This document shows, piece by piece, positions 1 through 9,236 of a stretch of 64,000 nucleotides of DNA. Under the pieces are notes generated by a model that did no database searches, was not told where the DNA came from, and was given only the letters and a program-made list of their open reading frames with translations. Source of the stretch: Candidatus Latescibacterota bacterium (GTDB lineage Bacteria; Latescibacterota; UBA2968; GCA-2709665); the NCBI GenBank assembly GCA_965219455.1, contig OZ244744.1, positions 1,664,001 to 1,728,000 on the forward strand, read 5' to 3'. How positions within the stretch are numbered: position 1 is the stretch's first letter; every line of letters begins with the position of its first letter. The position numbers and the translations under genes are program-made.

Positions 1-182
1 AGTATATGATTTTCCATTTCACTCGAAAAACATAACGAATTTGTTATATTTCGTCAATAGGCAAGTGAGGCAACAATCTCGGGCACAGCCTGCAATCTAC
101 GACTTCTCGAATGATCCCGAGTTTATCGGGGGAATGAACCGGCGGACCGGCTTAGGGGTTTACTTCCACCCATCTGGTTGCA

Positions 183-215
183 CCTGCCTGCCGCGTTGCG
201 ATTGCCGCAAGCAGG
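183..215. repeat. CCTGCCTG...CA(A/G)GCAGG short palindromic repeat
   Basis: cctgcctgccgc...gcaagcagg; related copies at 1070, 1183, 1248, 34651 and 36241. Confidence 0.6.
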
Positions 216-453
216 GTTGAGCAAATCGAAATCGCGATGAGGGAAATTACCGGATGCTTTCAACTGGTGATGCCATCGCGGGTTGCCCTATTGACCATTA
301 TCTGAACGACCCCCAGGGGCTTATATTGGTAGTTCGCTCGCATCTGACATTAGACCTTGCAGTAAAACTTCAACACAAAATGGGTACATGTTTAAGCTGG
401 CTGTTTGCAAAAGGTATGGCATTGAAATCCCCCACCGCATCAGCCGTAGCCGG

Positions 454-508
454 CCCTTCGGCAAGCTTGCTTCGACAAGCTCAGCACAAGCAGGGCAAGT
501 CTCAGGGG
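454..508. repeat. Nested CTTCGACAAGCTCAG-type REP-like palindrome
   Basis: cccttcggcaag-cttgcttcgacaagctcagcacaag-cagggcaagtctcagggg; similar nested copy at 16980-17017. Confidence 0.6.
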
Positions 509-580
509 ACGGGCTCGCCCGATCATTGGCACTTTTGGGTTGCGGGCAAGCATTGCGAGGCCGCGCCAGGAGAACTAAGG

Positions 581-688
581 ATGAAACGCGCTCTTGACAT
601 TGACGATTGCATCAATGAGACCTGCCCCTGGTCCGGCAAGCCGGTGCAGGCCGATTCGCTCACCGAATATAACGGGCACGTCGTCGGG
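581..688 (+). pseudogene. 5' fragment of small YHS/TRASH-like Cys protein
   Basis: MKRALDIDDCINETCPWSGKPVQADSLTEYNGHVVG after RBS AGGAGA; breaks off where the family normally continues FCxxxC, replaced by intron RT sequence. Confidence 0.7.
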
Positions 689-1011
689 ATGCCCAGCGGA
701 CGCTGCCTGCCGTCCCCCTTCGGGATGTAGACCCGGCGGATCGGGGCTGCTCGATACGATTTGCTTCTCACGGCTTCCGACAGTTCGCCTAACCACCGTT
801 CTCGTCCATATGACTCGTTATCCTCGAACGTCTCTCCATCCACACCTGCCGCGCCGCCGTTGGCCTTGCAACAGCGGTTGGCCCAGTGCAGGACGTCCTC
901 CCGATACACTTTGTCATAAACCGCGTAGAATCGGTAGTCGGGCGATTCCTTCGCTTTGGCATGTAACGTCCTCTGTAGCTTCCGAACCTTCTCCGGAGGT
1001 CTCAGGCTCAT
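682..1011 (-). pseudogene. ltrA: Group II intron reverse transcriptase/maturase, N-terminal fragment
   Basis: MSLRPPEKVRKLQRTLHAKAK...GAAGVDG...RRVYIPKGDGRQRPLGIPT, then truncated; no YADD. Confidence 0.9.
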
Positions 1012-1598
1012 ACCAATCTCCCGGCTCTCGCTCCTTTGACGCTGCCCTTGAACCAAGGCCCCTTTCCTCCCTGCCTGCAGCGCAGTGCGCTGCGCAGGCA
1101 GGCGCCGGCATTACCCGACATCATCGGTACTACGAGCCTCTCTCCGTCACCCCATACGGCCCGGCCTGTCCCTCGCGGGCTGCCTGTCTGCGTGCGACGC
1201 ACAGGCAGGCCGGATGGTGCCCCCGCACCACCGCCTGGGGTTTCCCGCCTGCCTGTGACGAAGGCAGACAGGTGTTGCGGCGGATCTCCTTGTATATACA
1301 TGCCGTCGCCAGTACCCCGGCGGGACCGTTGGATGCACGCGTTGCTGTCTTTTTCCAACGACGGCGGCCTTCCCCGGCCGTCAGGCGGGTCGGCTCCCGC
1401 ATTAGCTTTTTCCGAGGCCTGCTCAGCGTTCACTGCTCGTTACGGCCTGCATACTCGCGGGGTCGCCTTGCGACCCTTTACACCGGAGGCGTCAGAGATT
1501 TCGTTACCTACGTCCCTGCTCCGGTTGCTACCGACTGAAGCAACCCTTGTCGGGTGGGACTCTCACCCACTGAAGATCCGCGCCTTTGCACGGCGCAC
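682..1598 (-). mobile_element. Group II intron, 5' part only (DI-DIV start; DV/DVI lost)
   Basis: Minus strand starts GTGCGCCGTGCAAAGGCGCGG at 1598; candidate EBS1 TGACGGC (1383-1377) is complementary to 5' exon end GCCGTCA; RT ORF follows. Confidence 0.9.
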
Positions 1599-1628
1599 TG
1601 ACGGCTGAGAGCTGATCGCTGACAGCTG
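1598..1628. repeat. 7-bp tandem repeat (CTGANNG)4 forming the intron 5' exon
   Basis: ctgacgg ctgagag ctgatcg ctgacag ctg. Confidence 0.75.
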
Positions 1629-1706
1629 CATCATGCTACCAACCAATTACGTGTCGCTCGCTAATGCGAGAAGGTAAACGAAAAATCCTTAACCCCGAAG
1701 GCATTT

Positions 1707-2957
1707 ATGATACGTTACGCTACAGTTCTGATCGCGATCACGCTTGTAATCATGTTCTGGCCTGGCCATTCGTTTGCGGCACAACGCGATGCGGGTGTCG
1801 ATCCCGTAGGAAGCGCACCAACCGGGCCTACACTCGCCTCAATCGCCGCCGAAGACAGTACAGAAGTAGAGCAGACGGGGGACGAGAGCGGTGGGGAGCA
1901 ACTATCCGACCAGTGGTCCCGCGAGATGGGCGTTCTTGTAATGACGCGTGCGGAATTGGACACCTTGAAGATTGTCAAGGGGTGGTTCGCGCACATCGTC
2001 TACGCGTCGGAAGGCGTCCGGGGAACCGCCGACGGCGAGATTATCGGCAAAGGCATGGATGGCATTGTCGTCAGATCCGGACCCTGGGAGAGGCGGGAAA
2101 TCGTCTACGCGGTTATCGAGACACTCACCGTTGCGCCGGACCGGCGGACCCTTGAAAAATGGCGACGGGCCTGGGAGGCCGCTGATTACGTGACCGTCAT
2201 GTACCGGGACGACCTCGACCCGTCGCAAATCGTGACGGGCTGGTATGCTCACGTGGTTTACACGACGGAAGGGAAGGAAGGCGCGGTAACAGGAGAGATT
2301 GTTGCCATGGACTCCGTTGGCGTCACAATCGAATACGCGCCTCCTGCCAGGCGGCGCGGGCTTGCAAGACGGAAAAGCCTGGAAATCGCGTTTGAGGAAA
2401 TCGAAGTGATCGTTTTGGCAGAAGACCGCGACGCCGTGGAAGCGTGGCCCAAAACCAGCATGGCCGCAGGACTCGAAACCCCGAAAAAACCGAAGTACGA
2501 AATAGGCGCAAACCTCCTGTCAGCGCTAATCTTGTTTGATCAATCCGGTAACAACACAAGCGTGGTGAATGGTGGAGGCGGCCTGTCACGGCTTTCACCG
2601 TCATTTTATATCTCGTCCTTCCTTTTGCCTAAATTCACCTTCGATGTCGGAATGGGCTTCACTTACCGCTCCGCAAGCGGCGGGAGCAGTCGCACCACGC
2701 GGGTGCTACAAGGCGGATTTACATTCTTGTCCGGTCGGCCAGCTTCGAGTTCGCCCTATGGCCGGATTTTCGCCGTAACCTTTGGCGGAGACTATTCGAA
2801 TTCTCGATTTGGCGCAGGGTTCGGCGCGGGAACTCGCCACGTTTTCCGAAACGGTATCGCTCTCAGGTACGAGATGCAGTACGTACGCTGGTTCGATAAT
2901 AAGGTAAACCAGATCGAATTCCTCCTGAACGTCGGCGTTGTGCTCGGCGGCAGGTAG
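1707..2957 (+). CDS. Secreted/outer-membrane protein: two repeated small beta domains plus C-terminal beta-barrel
   Basis: Signal peptide; internal repeat IVKGWFAHIVY..GEI / IVTGWYAHVVY..GEI; amphipathic beta strands at C-terminus. Confidence 0.75.
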   Translation: MIRYATVLIAITLVIMFWPGHSFAAQRDAGVDPVGSAPTGPTLASIAAEDSTEVEQTGDESGGEQLSDQWSREMGVLVMTRAELDTLKIVKGWFAHIVYASEGVRGTADGEIIGKGMDGIVVRSGPWERREIVYAVIETLTVAPDRRTLEKWRRAWEAADYVTVMYRDDLDPSQIVTGWYAHVVYTTEGKEGAVTGEIVAMDSVGVTIEYAPPARRRGLARRKSLEIAFEEIEVIVLAEDRDAVEAWPKTSMAAGLETPKKPKYEIGANLLSALILFDQSGNNTSVVNGGGGLSRLSPSFYISSFLLPKFTFDVGMGFTYRSASGGSSRTTRVLQGGFTFLSGRPASSSPYGRIFAVTFGGDYSNSRFGAGFGAGTRHVFRNGIALRYEMQYVRWFDNKVNQIEFLLNVGVVLGGR

Positions 2958-3167
2958 CCGTCACCGCTGGAGCGGGCCAGGCGGGAAGCGCCATCCCGCA
3001 TCGTTCCCGGGCTCCCTTGGCCTCGACGGCTCGCACACGAAAACTCCGTCGAAATCCCGGATTGCGCACAATGGCCGTGTTCCGGCGTTCACCGTCAAAT
3101 CCAGCCTAGATGTGGCTCGATATTACAAAGGTTCGGCATCGCAATCGATCTCTTAGAGAGAGTTAAA

Positions 3168-4121
3168 ATGAGACGCTTTATTCTCGCAATACTCTGCGCA
3201 CTTTGGGCGCTATGTGCCGGTTCTTCGGCCGGCGATGCATTCGCACAGGAACTGCCCGACCGCAGAGTGGGGTTCACCTTTCTCCTGTTGCCCACCGGCG
3301 CGCGGGACGAAGCGCTCGGCGCAACCGGCGTCGCATCGGTGGGAACCGCTTCGACCATGATGTACAATCCTGCCGGGCTCGCTTTCCTGCACAGGTTAGA
3401 CGCGAATTATTCGTACATCAATTGGTATGGACGCACCAGGAAACACGTAGCGTGTATTGCCGGGAGGGCATCGAAGGCGGGAACGTTCGGAGTCTCATCG
3501 CAGAACTTCGGCTACGGAAGCAGCACGACCGCGGACGTTAAAGACTACGCCGTAACGGCCGCCTGGGGAGCGGAGCTGACCGACCGGTTTGCGCTGGGTT
3601 CCGCCGTCAAGTTGATCAGAGAATCGTACGGGGACGGGACCAGGAACGCTTTCGCCGTCGATCTCGGCGCATACTTCGCAACGGGATCACGCGGTGCAAT
3701 CTTCGCGCTGGGCGCGCGAAACCTGAGCGGTGCGGTAATGGGCGAGCCCGATCACATCGTCGCTCCGAAGCAGATACGGGCGGGGGTGCTCATGGATCTG
3801 ATTTCGACGATGGGTTTCGAGCCCTTCACGCATCGCCTCGACATTGCGGTTGACCTGACCAGACCTTTCTATCCCCACGGTCAAACCGCACTGAACACGG
3901 GTGTGGAGTATACCCGTATAACTTCATTGGCGCCGGGGTATTCACTTGCCATTTCGCTGCGAGCAGGACAAAAATCCGGTGTTCCCTTCGCGCTTGGTTT
4001 CGGATTCGAGATCACCATAGCAGGTGGCAGTGGAATCGCCGTGGATTACGCCAACAGGGGCTTTGGCGGGGCTGTGAGAGATCAAAGGATACACGTATTC
4101 AGCGTAGCACTGAATCTTTGA
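3168..4121 (+). CDS. PorV/PorQ (UPF0164) family outer-membrane beta-barrel
   Basis: Signal peptide; FTFLLLPTGARDEALG and YNPAGLA motifs. Confidence 0.8.
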   Translation: MRRFILAILCALWALCAGSSAGDAFAQELPDRRVGFTFLLLPTGARDEALGATGVASVGTASTMMYNPAGLAFLHRLDANYSYINWYGRTRKHVACIAGRASKAGTFGVSSQNFGYGSSTTADVKDYAVTAAWGAELTDRFALGSAVKLIRESYGDGTRNAFAVDLGAYFATGSRGAIFALGARNLSGAVMGEPDHIVAPKQIRAGVLMDLISTMGFEPFTHRLDIAVDLTRPFYPHGQTALNTGVEYTRITSLAPGYSLAISLRAGQKSGVPFALGFGFEITIAGGSGIAVDYANRGFGGAVRDQRIHVFSVALNL

Positions 4122-4229
4122 TTGTAGAGCCAGTTCCAACGCCTCAAGGTCCGACGGCCAACACACGCAGATGGCCAATTCGATGATCTATGGAATTGTC
4201 GTATTCCCACGAATTGAGGAGGTTACGAA

Positions 4230-4673
4230 ATGATGCGCGCCATCAGTATCGTCCTGATCGTGGCGATTGCGTTGCAAACAGTCGGATGCAGCACGTGGCG
4301 ACCCCTGGTTCGCGCGACCAGGATCGCGGAGGATGACTGACAGTCATCGACGCGAGAACAGGTCCTGGGAAAACTCACCGAGGGTACACGTGTAAGGATA
4401 AGAATTCGCGACGGTTCCCGTGCGCCGATCAAGGGTCAAGTAATCGAGGGTATTGTAGAAAGGGTCGCTCTAACGTCGCTGACGGTAACCCATGTTTCGA
4501 TTCTTGACCGCAGCAAAGCCATTGAGGAATTAACGCTGCAATATGCTGACATCGTCAGTATCGAATAACGTTCGGCTCGAAATCGTGGATTATCTGTTTT
4601 CTTCCTGGGCGTTGCATTCGGAACGATATTGGGTTTCTTGATTCCTGCTATTCAATTCGCTCAAGCGGATTGA
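4230..4673 (+). pseudogene. Lipoprotein pseudogene with two in-frame stops
   Basis: RBS GAGGAGG; MMRAISIVLIVAIALQTVGC lipobox; frame continues through TGA 4338 and TAA 4566 to a hydrophobic C-terminus. Confidence 0.7.
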
Positions 4674-4998
4674 GAAAACAACCCACCGGGACACCTGAAG
4701 TGCCGCCCGTTCTGTGGAATGCCAATCGCGACCACCCCGCGTTCCTCCGTCCGGGGTTTCCTCATCGTCGCGAAGGCTATCTCCCCTGCCGTCTGGTTTC
4801 AATTTTTAGACGCATTGCGTTCGCCGTATCTTGGCTTGCGTTCTTCCCGTACCTATGCATTTCATCCCCCATCGGCGGACAGACATGAGGTCGGCGAGCT
4901 TCCGGTTTCGGGGATCGAGTCGACTGAACTATGCGCGGCTCTCGCGGGGCGGCAGATGCTTTTCTTGTGTCTATATTGCCGGAGAAGGACGATGAGAA

Positions 4999-5031
4999 GG
5001 GCAGACAGGAATGTCTGCCCCACCTTCACAC
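4999..5031 (-). repeat. GTGG-tagged REP (GTGGGGCAGACATTCCTGTCTGCC)
   Basis: Palindrome GGCAGACA-ggaa-TGTCTGCC plus CCAC; five copies in the window. Confidence 0.85.
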
Positions 5032-5210
5032 GTGCTTCCTCAACTGCTTGACAAGCCATTTTGCGGGGGTGGAGATAATTGATTCGCGAATAAAGCAACT
5101 GACCGTGACAATTCGTGAGTTAACCATGCTGCCCGGGGTCTCGCCCGGAACGGCAAACCCGAACGGGGTTTTCTGCGCAAGGCTCCAATCGCGAAACGAC
5201 GGAAAGTACG

Positions 5211-5269
5211 ATGCGCGCGCTTGACATTGCCGACTGCATCAATGATACCTGCCCCTGGTCCGGCAAGCC
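5211..5269 (+). pseudogene. Second truncated YHS-like gene head
   Basis: MRALDIADCINDTCPWSGKP, paralogous to 581-640. Confidence 0.7.
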
Positions 5270-5332
5270 TCTCACCGTTCCCACGCGAGAAATCCCCTAT
5301 CGTTGCACCGTCCTATGGTCCGAACAATCCCG

Positions 5333-5433
5333 TCAGACTGGGATCCGCTCCACGAGGATGCTGGGTGAGCGCCGACGCCTTTGATCGTAGATCCGGGTAG
5401 TGCGGGATGCGCGTGCCCGGCCAGGTACTTGGC
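5333..5433 (-). pseudogene. Tyrosine recombinase/integrase C-terminal remnant (frameshifted)
   Basis: KYLAGHAHP / RTTRIYDQRRRR..ILVERIPV* matches box II LAGH..TT.IY of XerC-like integrases. Confidence 0.7.
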
Positions 5434-5620
5434 ACCCCGGCGAGATGTACGGGCACCCGACAGGGTGAATGACATGCGAGATTCTGCCGGGTATGTATAT
5501 AAATACGGAAAAAGTAGACAAAAACGTAGAAAATTTTATGATTGCATGAAGAAGGCTTAATAGTTAAATTTCAAGTCCCGCGTTTCGCATTCCAGACGAA
5601 CTCGCATTGTAATTCGTCGT

Positions 5621-7330
5621 TTAGAGTCTTACAGTGTGACTTCTACGCAAAATGCGTAGATAATTATTCATGCTGCTTGTTTAGTTGTAGGGTGTTGATG
5701 GTAAAGGGTCAAAGACAAGGCGAGTATTTTGTGCCCTTCGGGTGTGACGCGCCACCGTCTGGACCGTGGGATTTTTGCAATAAGGCCGCGGACGTGTAGG
5801 CGTTTGAGGCGGCGGCTGGTGGCATTGGCGTGCCGAGTGCGTTGCAGCAGGGATGCTGGATGTTGGAAGAGGTGTGTTCGGATGTCCTGGTTGCGGAAGC
5901 CCATCAGGGCGTGTTCGCCTTTCAACACAGCGGTAAACAGGGCGAGGTCGGCAGGGTCGGCGGGGTTGAAGCCCCGATAGGTACGTCCCTTGTGCCTGCG
6001 TGGCCGCGCCAGTGTGGTGAGGCTTTGATGTCCGGTAGCGGCGTCAGGGGCTGCGGACAGCGCCTGAAAGTAGCGTTGGTTGGCCGTCAACGAGATTTCC
6101 CGATAGCGGTAGAGGTTGGCCACGCCTTTGGCCATGGGATACCAGCCCATCACGCGTTGTCCTCGCCGTATGCCCCAGCGGCGGACCTTGAACTGCCTTG
6201 GATGGTTGATCACTGTTTCGACGCGTAGTACGCACCCGTGTTTGTCGTACATTTTAATCCAGTTCTCGCACATCCGGTGTTTGACTCTTGCGCCTTTGTG
6301 GCGTTTGTTTTTGAAGTCCGTGAGGACTTCGCCCTGAAAATTGCCGTGGAGTTTGCGGCCCAGGAAGGTCAAGATGTCCTGGGGAGAGAAGCACAGCACC
6401 GTGTGTCTGAGCAGGTTTTCATACAGCACCTTCAGGGCGTGGGGGCTTTGGAACATCACGTCGGTGGCGAACTCGGCCTGGTCAACGACCCAGTAGTAGT
6501 CCTTGCCCGAAAGCAGGTCGTTGAGCAGGGGGTTGACCTTGCGGGCGAACGCCGAGAGAATGCGCGGCCAATTCTTGCCCACAAAACGATCGGCAAAGCG
6601 TTGCGCCCGGTCCACATCGGCAATCCATAGAAAAGCGTTGTCTGATTTTTCATAGGCGATGCCGTGTTGCTCGAGCTTGCGCGCCAAGAACTCGTGGCCA
6701 TTGAGACAGATCTGCACCACCAGCGGGAACCAGGACTGGATGCGGATATGCATCAACCCGAACTCCCGGTCAATCCAGTAAAAGTAGTAGCATAGGCATT
6801 TCCGTTGTGCGTTGATCAGGCGAGGCCTTCCTTCCCCTGGAACCAGCTTGAAACTCTGGCAGCCTTCCAGGGCCCGAAACACACAGACCAGGCCTTGCGT
6901 GATCCCATCGTGTTTTGCCAACCGTCGCGCTTCGTCCTCTTTCCTGATGGTGTTGCGTTGCAGATAGATGAACGGGCGCTCGTGCTTGTTTGCCATCGCC
7001 TCCGCGTGGGCTTTGATCGTATCGGAATGCGTCATCACAAAACGCTTGAAGTCCTTCAACAATAAACCCTGATTGCTGATGAACCGCTCCATCGCAGTTC
7101 CAAATCCCAGCGGCAGGTACCCTTTGAACAGAACCCGATCAAAACAGGATACCACTCCGGTGATTTTTTCACTACATTGGTCCACGAAGTCTTTCACGGC
7201 GTTCCTCCTTCCATTGATGGCGGTGGGTACCACCATCATAGGGGATGAATGCCGTTTTGCATACCCTAAAACTATCTGCTCTTGACTACCACCTATTTGG
7301 TTGCGGCTGAGCAAAGCGAAGCCGCGTTAG
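5621..7330 (-). mobile_element. Putative rolling-circle/ssDNA transposable element without TIRs
   Basis: TTAG at 5621-5624 and 7327-7330; hairpins GCGGCT..AGCCGC (7303-7325) and TCTACGCA-aaa-TGCGTAGA (5642-5660); single large ORF. Confidence 0.6.
5668..7197 (-). CDS. Rep_trans-like putative transposase/relaxase with C-terminal winged helix (509 aa)
   Basis: GTG start after AAGGAGG; motifs FDRVLFKG, YYFY.D.EFG, QAEFATD, IKMYDK...LRVETVIN, and RLKRLHVRGLIAKIPRSRRWRVT. Confidence 0.8.
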   Translation of the reverse strand: MKDFVDQCSEKITGVVSCFDRVLFKGYLPLGFGTAMERFISNQGLLLKDFKRFVMTHSDTIKAHAEAMANKHERPFIYLQRNTIRKEDEARRLAKHDGITQGLVCVFRALEGCQSFKLVPGEGRPRLINAQRKCLCYYFYWIDREFGLMHIRIQSWFPLVVQICLNGHEFLARKLEQHGIAYEKSDNAFLWIADVDRAQRFADRFVGKNWPRILSAFARKVNPLLNDLLSGKDYYWVVDQAEFATDVMFQSPHALKVLYENLLRHTVLCFSPQDILTFLGRKLHGNFQGEVLTDFKNKRHKGARVKHRMCENWIKMYDKHGCVLRVETVINHPRQFKVRRWGIRRGQRVMGWYPMAKGVANLYRYREISLTANQRYFQALSAAPDAATGHQSLTTLARPRRHKGRTYRGFNPADPADLALFTAVLKGEHALMGFRNQDIRTHLFQHPASLLQRTRHANATSRRLKRLHVRGLIAKIPRSRRWRVTPEGHKILALSLTLYHQHPTTKQAA

Positions 7331-7799
7331 GGACTATCCCGCCACTTAAAGAGACCGTTGGTTCCCTGACCGGCCCGAGTCGAAAACCGACGGTGTTCCA
7401 GGAAGGCCTACACTCGTTTTGTCACATTAAATGCGGCGGTCCAGGAAAGAGCGCCCCGAGACACGAACCGGCGGCTCGAATTGCTCGTGACGGAAAACGA
7501 CCGGGACGTCTGTACGAGGCTCCCGAACAAGATCAAGCGGAAGTCAAAAACATGGCACGCAGAAACGGCCCGGAGAGGTCTCCGGGCTTTCCAATCCTTC
7601 AACTCAATGCCCGTGAATCTGCGCGGCGCAACAAAAAGCCGCCTGATTCATGTCCAATTGAGGCAAAACCCATCTGACCATTCACCTATCGACGGACAAA
7701 CCGAAGGTCGCGGAAGGCCGCTTTTCGGGACCGAGTGGGCAGCACTATGTCCGGCTCGTCGTCTGGAACACGCACGCGGCGGCGGCAGACCGCCATAAA

Positions 7800-9044
7800 A
7801 TGAGGTTAAACATGATCTGCAGAGTCATATTGTCGGCGGCCGTCTTTGGCTTGCTCGGTTGCGTCGGATCGAGACAAGGCGTAAAACCTCCGACGCCCGA
7901 ATCCAAGTCATCGTTTATTCCCGACGAACGATTAAGAGCGGTTGTTCGGGATTCACTTGGCAAGCGGGACGGTAAGCCGATCTCGGTGGCCGACATGGCA
8001 AGATTGACGCACCTGACAGCGCAGCGTGACAGTATCGTCTATCTGAACGGGCTCGAGCATGCGAAAAACCTGATGTCGCTGAATCTGGACGACAACGACA
8101 TCATTGACCTGTCCCCCCTGTCCGGGCTGACGAATGTGAAAAGGCTGCGTCTTGAAGGCAACCGCATCAGCGATATAGAGCCTCTGTCCGAGTTGAAAAC
8201 CCTCGAAAGGCTGTACCTGGGTGATAACGGCATCAGTGACGTATCGCCCGTGTCCGGGCTGACCAAACTGACACGGCTGCGTCTTGAGGGCAATGGCATC
8301 AGCGATATAGAGCCTCTGTCCTCACTGAAGAATTTGAAGGAACTGGATCTCGACAATAACGGGATCAGCGACCTGTCTCCGCTGTCCGGGCTGGCCAATC
8401 TGACAGGGCTGCGCCTCGAGGGCAACGGCATCAGTGACTTGAAGCCCTTGTCCGGGCTAAAAAACCTGAAAGAACTGGATCTTGACGGCAACGGGATCAG
8501 CGACCTGGAGCCTCTGTCGGGACTAACCAACCTGGCGGGGCTGCGTCTCGACAGCAACGGCATCAGTGACCTGAAGCCTCTGTCCGGGTTGAAGAATCTG
8601 AAAGAACTGGACCTGGATAGAAACGGCATCAGTGACCTCGCGCCGCTGTCGGGATTGACTAATCTGACACGGCTGTACGTTGACAGGAACGGCATCAGCG
8701 GCTTGGGGCCATTGTCTGGCTTAAAGCAACTGAAGAGGCTATATCTCGGACATAACGGTATAACAGACCTAACGCCCCTTTCCGGGCTGTCCAATCTCGG
8801 GCACCTGTACCTCAACAATAACGCCATCAGCGACGTAAAGTCTCTGCGTGGGCTGGTTAACCTGGAAACCCTGAATCTTGGCCAAAACCGCGTCATGGAC
8901 ATATCCGCCCTTACCGGGCTCAACAACCTGGAGAGGCTGTTTGTCCGCGGCAATCCCCTCTCAGGGGAGTCCATACAGACGCACATTCCTGAATTTCGAA
9001 AGCGGGGCGTGCGGGTGTCCTGGGAAGGTGCGAAGGCGGAATGA
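7800..9044 (+). CDS. Internalin-like leucine-rich-repeat lipoprotein
   Basis: Lipobox LLGC; IPDERLR cap; about 13 22-aa repeats LxxLxLxxNxISDLxPLSGL. Confidence 0.95.
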   Translation: MRLNMICRVILSAAVFGLLGCVGSRQGVKPPTPESKSSFIPDERLRAVVRDSLGKRDGKPISVADMARLTHLTAQRDSIVYLNGLEHAKNLMSLNLDDNDIIDLSPLSGLTNVKRLRLEGNRISDIEPLSELKTLERLYLGDNGISDVSPVSGLTKLTRLRLEGNGISDIEPLSSLKNLKELDLDNNGISDLSPLSGLANLTGLRLEGNGISDLKPLSGLKNLKELDLDGNGISDLEPLSGLTNLAGLRLDSNGISDLKPLSGLKNLKELDLDRNGISDLAPLSGLTNLTRLYVDRNGISGLGPLSGLKQLKRLYLGHNGITDLTPLSGLSNLGHLYLNNNAISDVKSLRGLVNLETLNLGQNRVMDISALTGLNNLERLFVRGNPLSGESIQTHIPEFRKRGVRVSWEGAKAE

Positions 9045-9236
9045 CTGGAGGGGCGGGGCGGTGTTAGATGCGTAGGCCAGGGCGGCGTCAGGAAAGCGTA
9101 CGAGTTTGGCGGCGCCCTTGTTACGTACGCATGCGTTTTGTCCGGTGGCGTTCCGACCGGTGAAGTTCAAAACCACGTTGGGCGCCGGCATCGATTCACC
9201 CGCGAATACGACAAGCCAATAGAGAAAGTGCAAAGT

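Noticed and set aside
254-730. 158-aa ORF as a real gene
   Set aside because: It is a chance read-through joining REP-like repeats, the YHS-like head and antisense intron RT sequence
682-1011. RT as retron, DGR or defence RT
   Set aside because: Group II intron 5' end, EBS1/IBS1 match and LtrA-type N-terminus; no TR/VR pair seen
594-1608. Long ORFs over the intron RNA
   Set aside because: GC-rich structured RNA read in spurious frames; no recognisable motifs
8050-8960. Periodic DNA as a CRISPR array
   Set aside because: 66-bp coding LRR periodicity with no constant repeat or unique spacers; no cas genes
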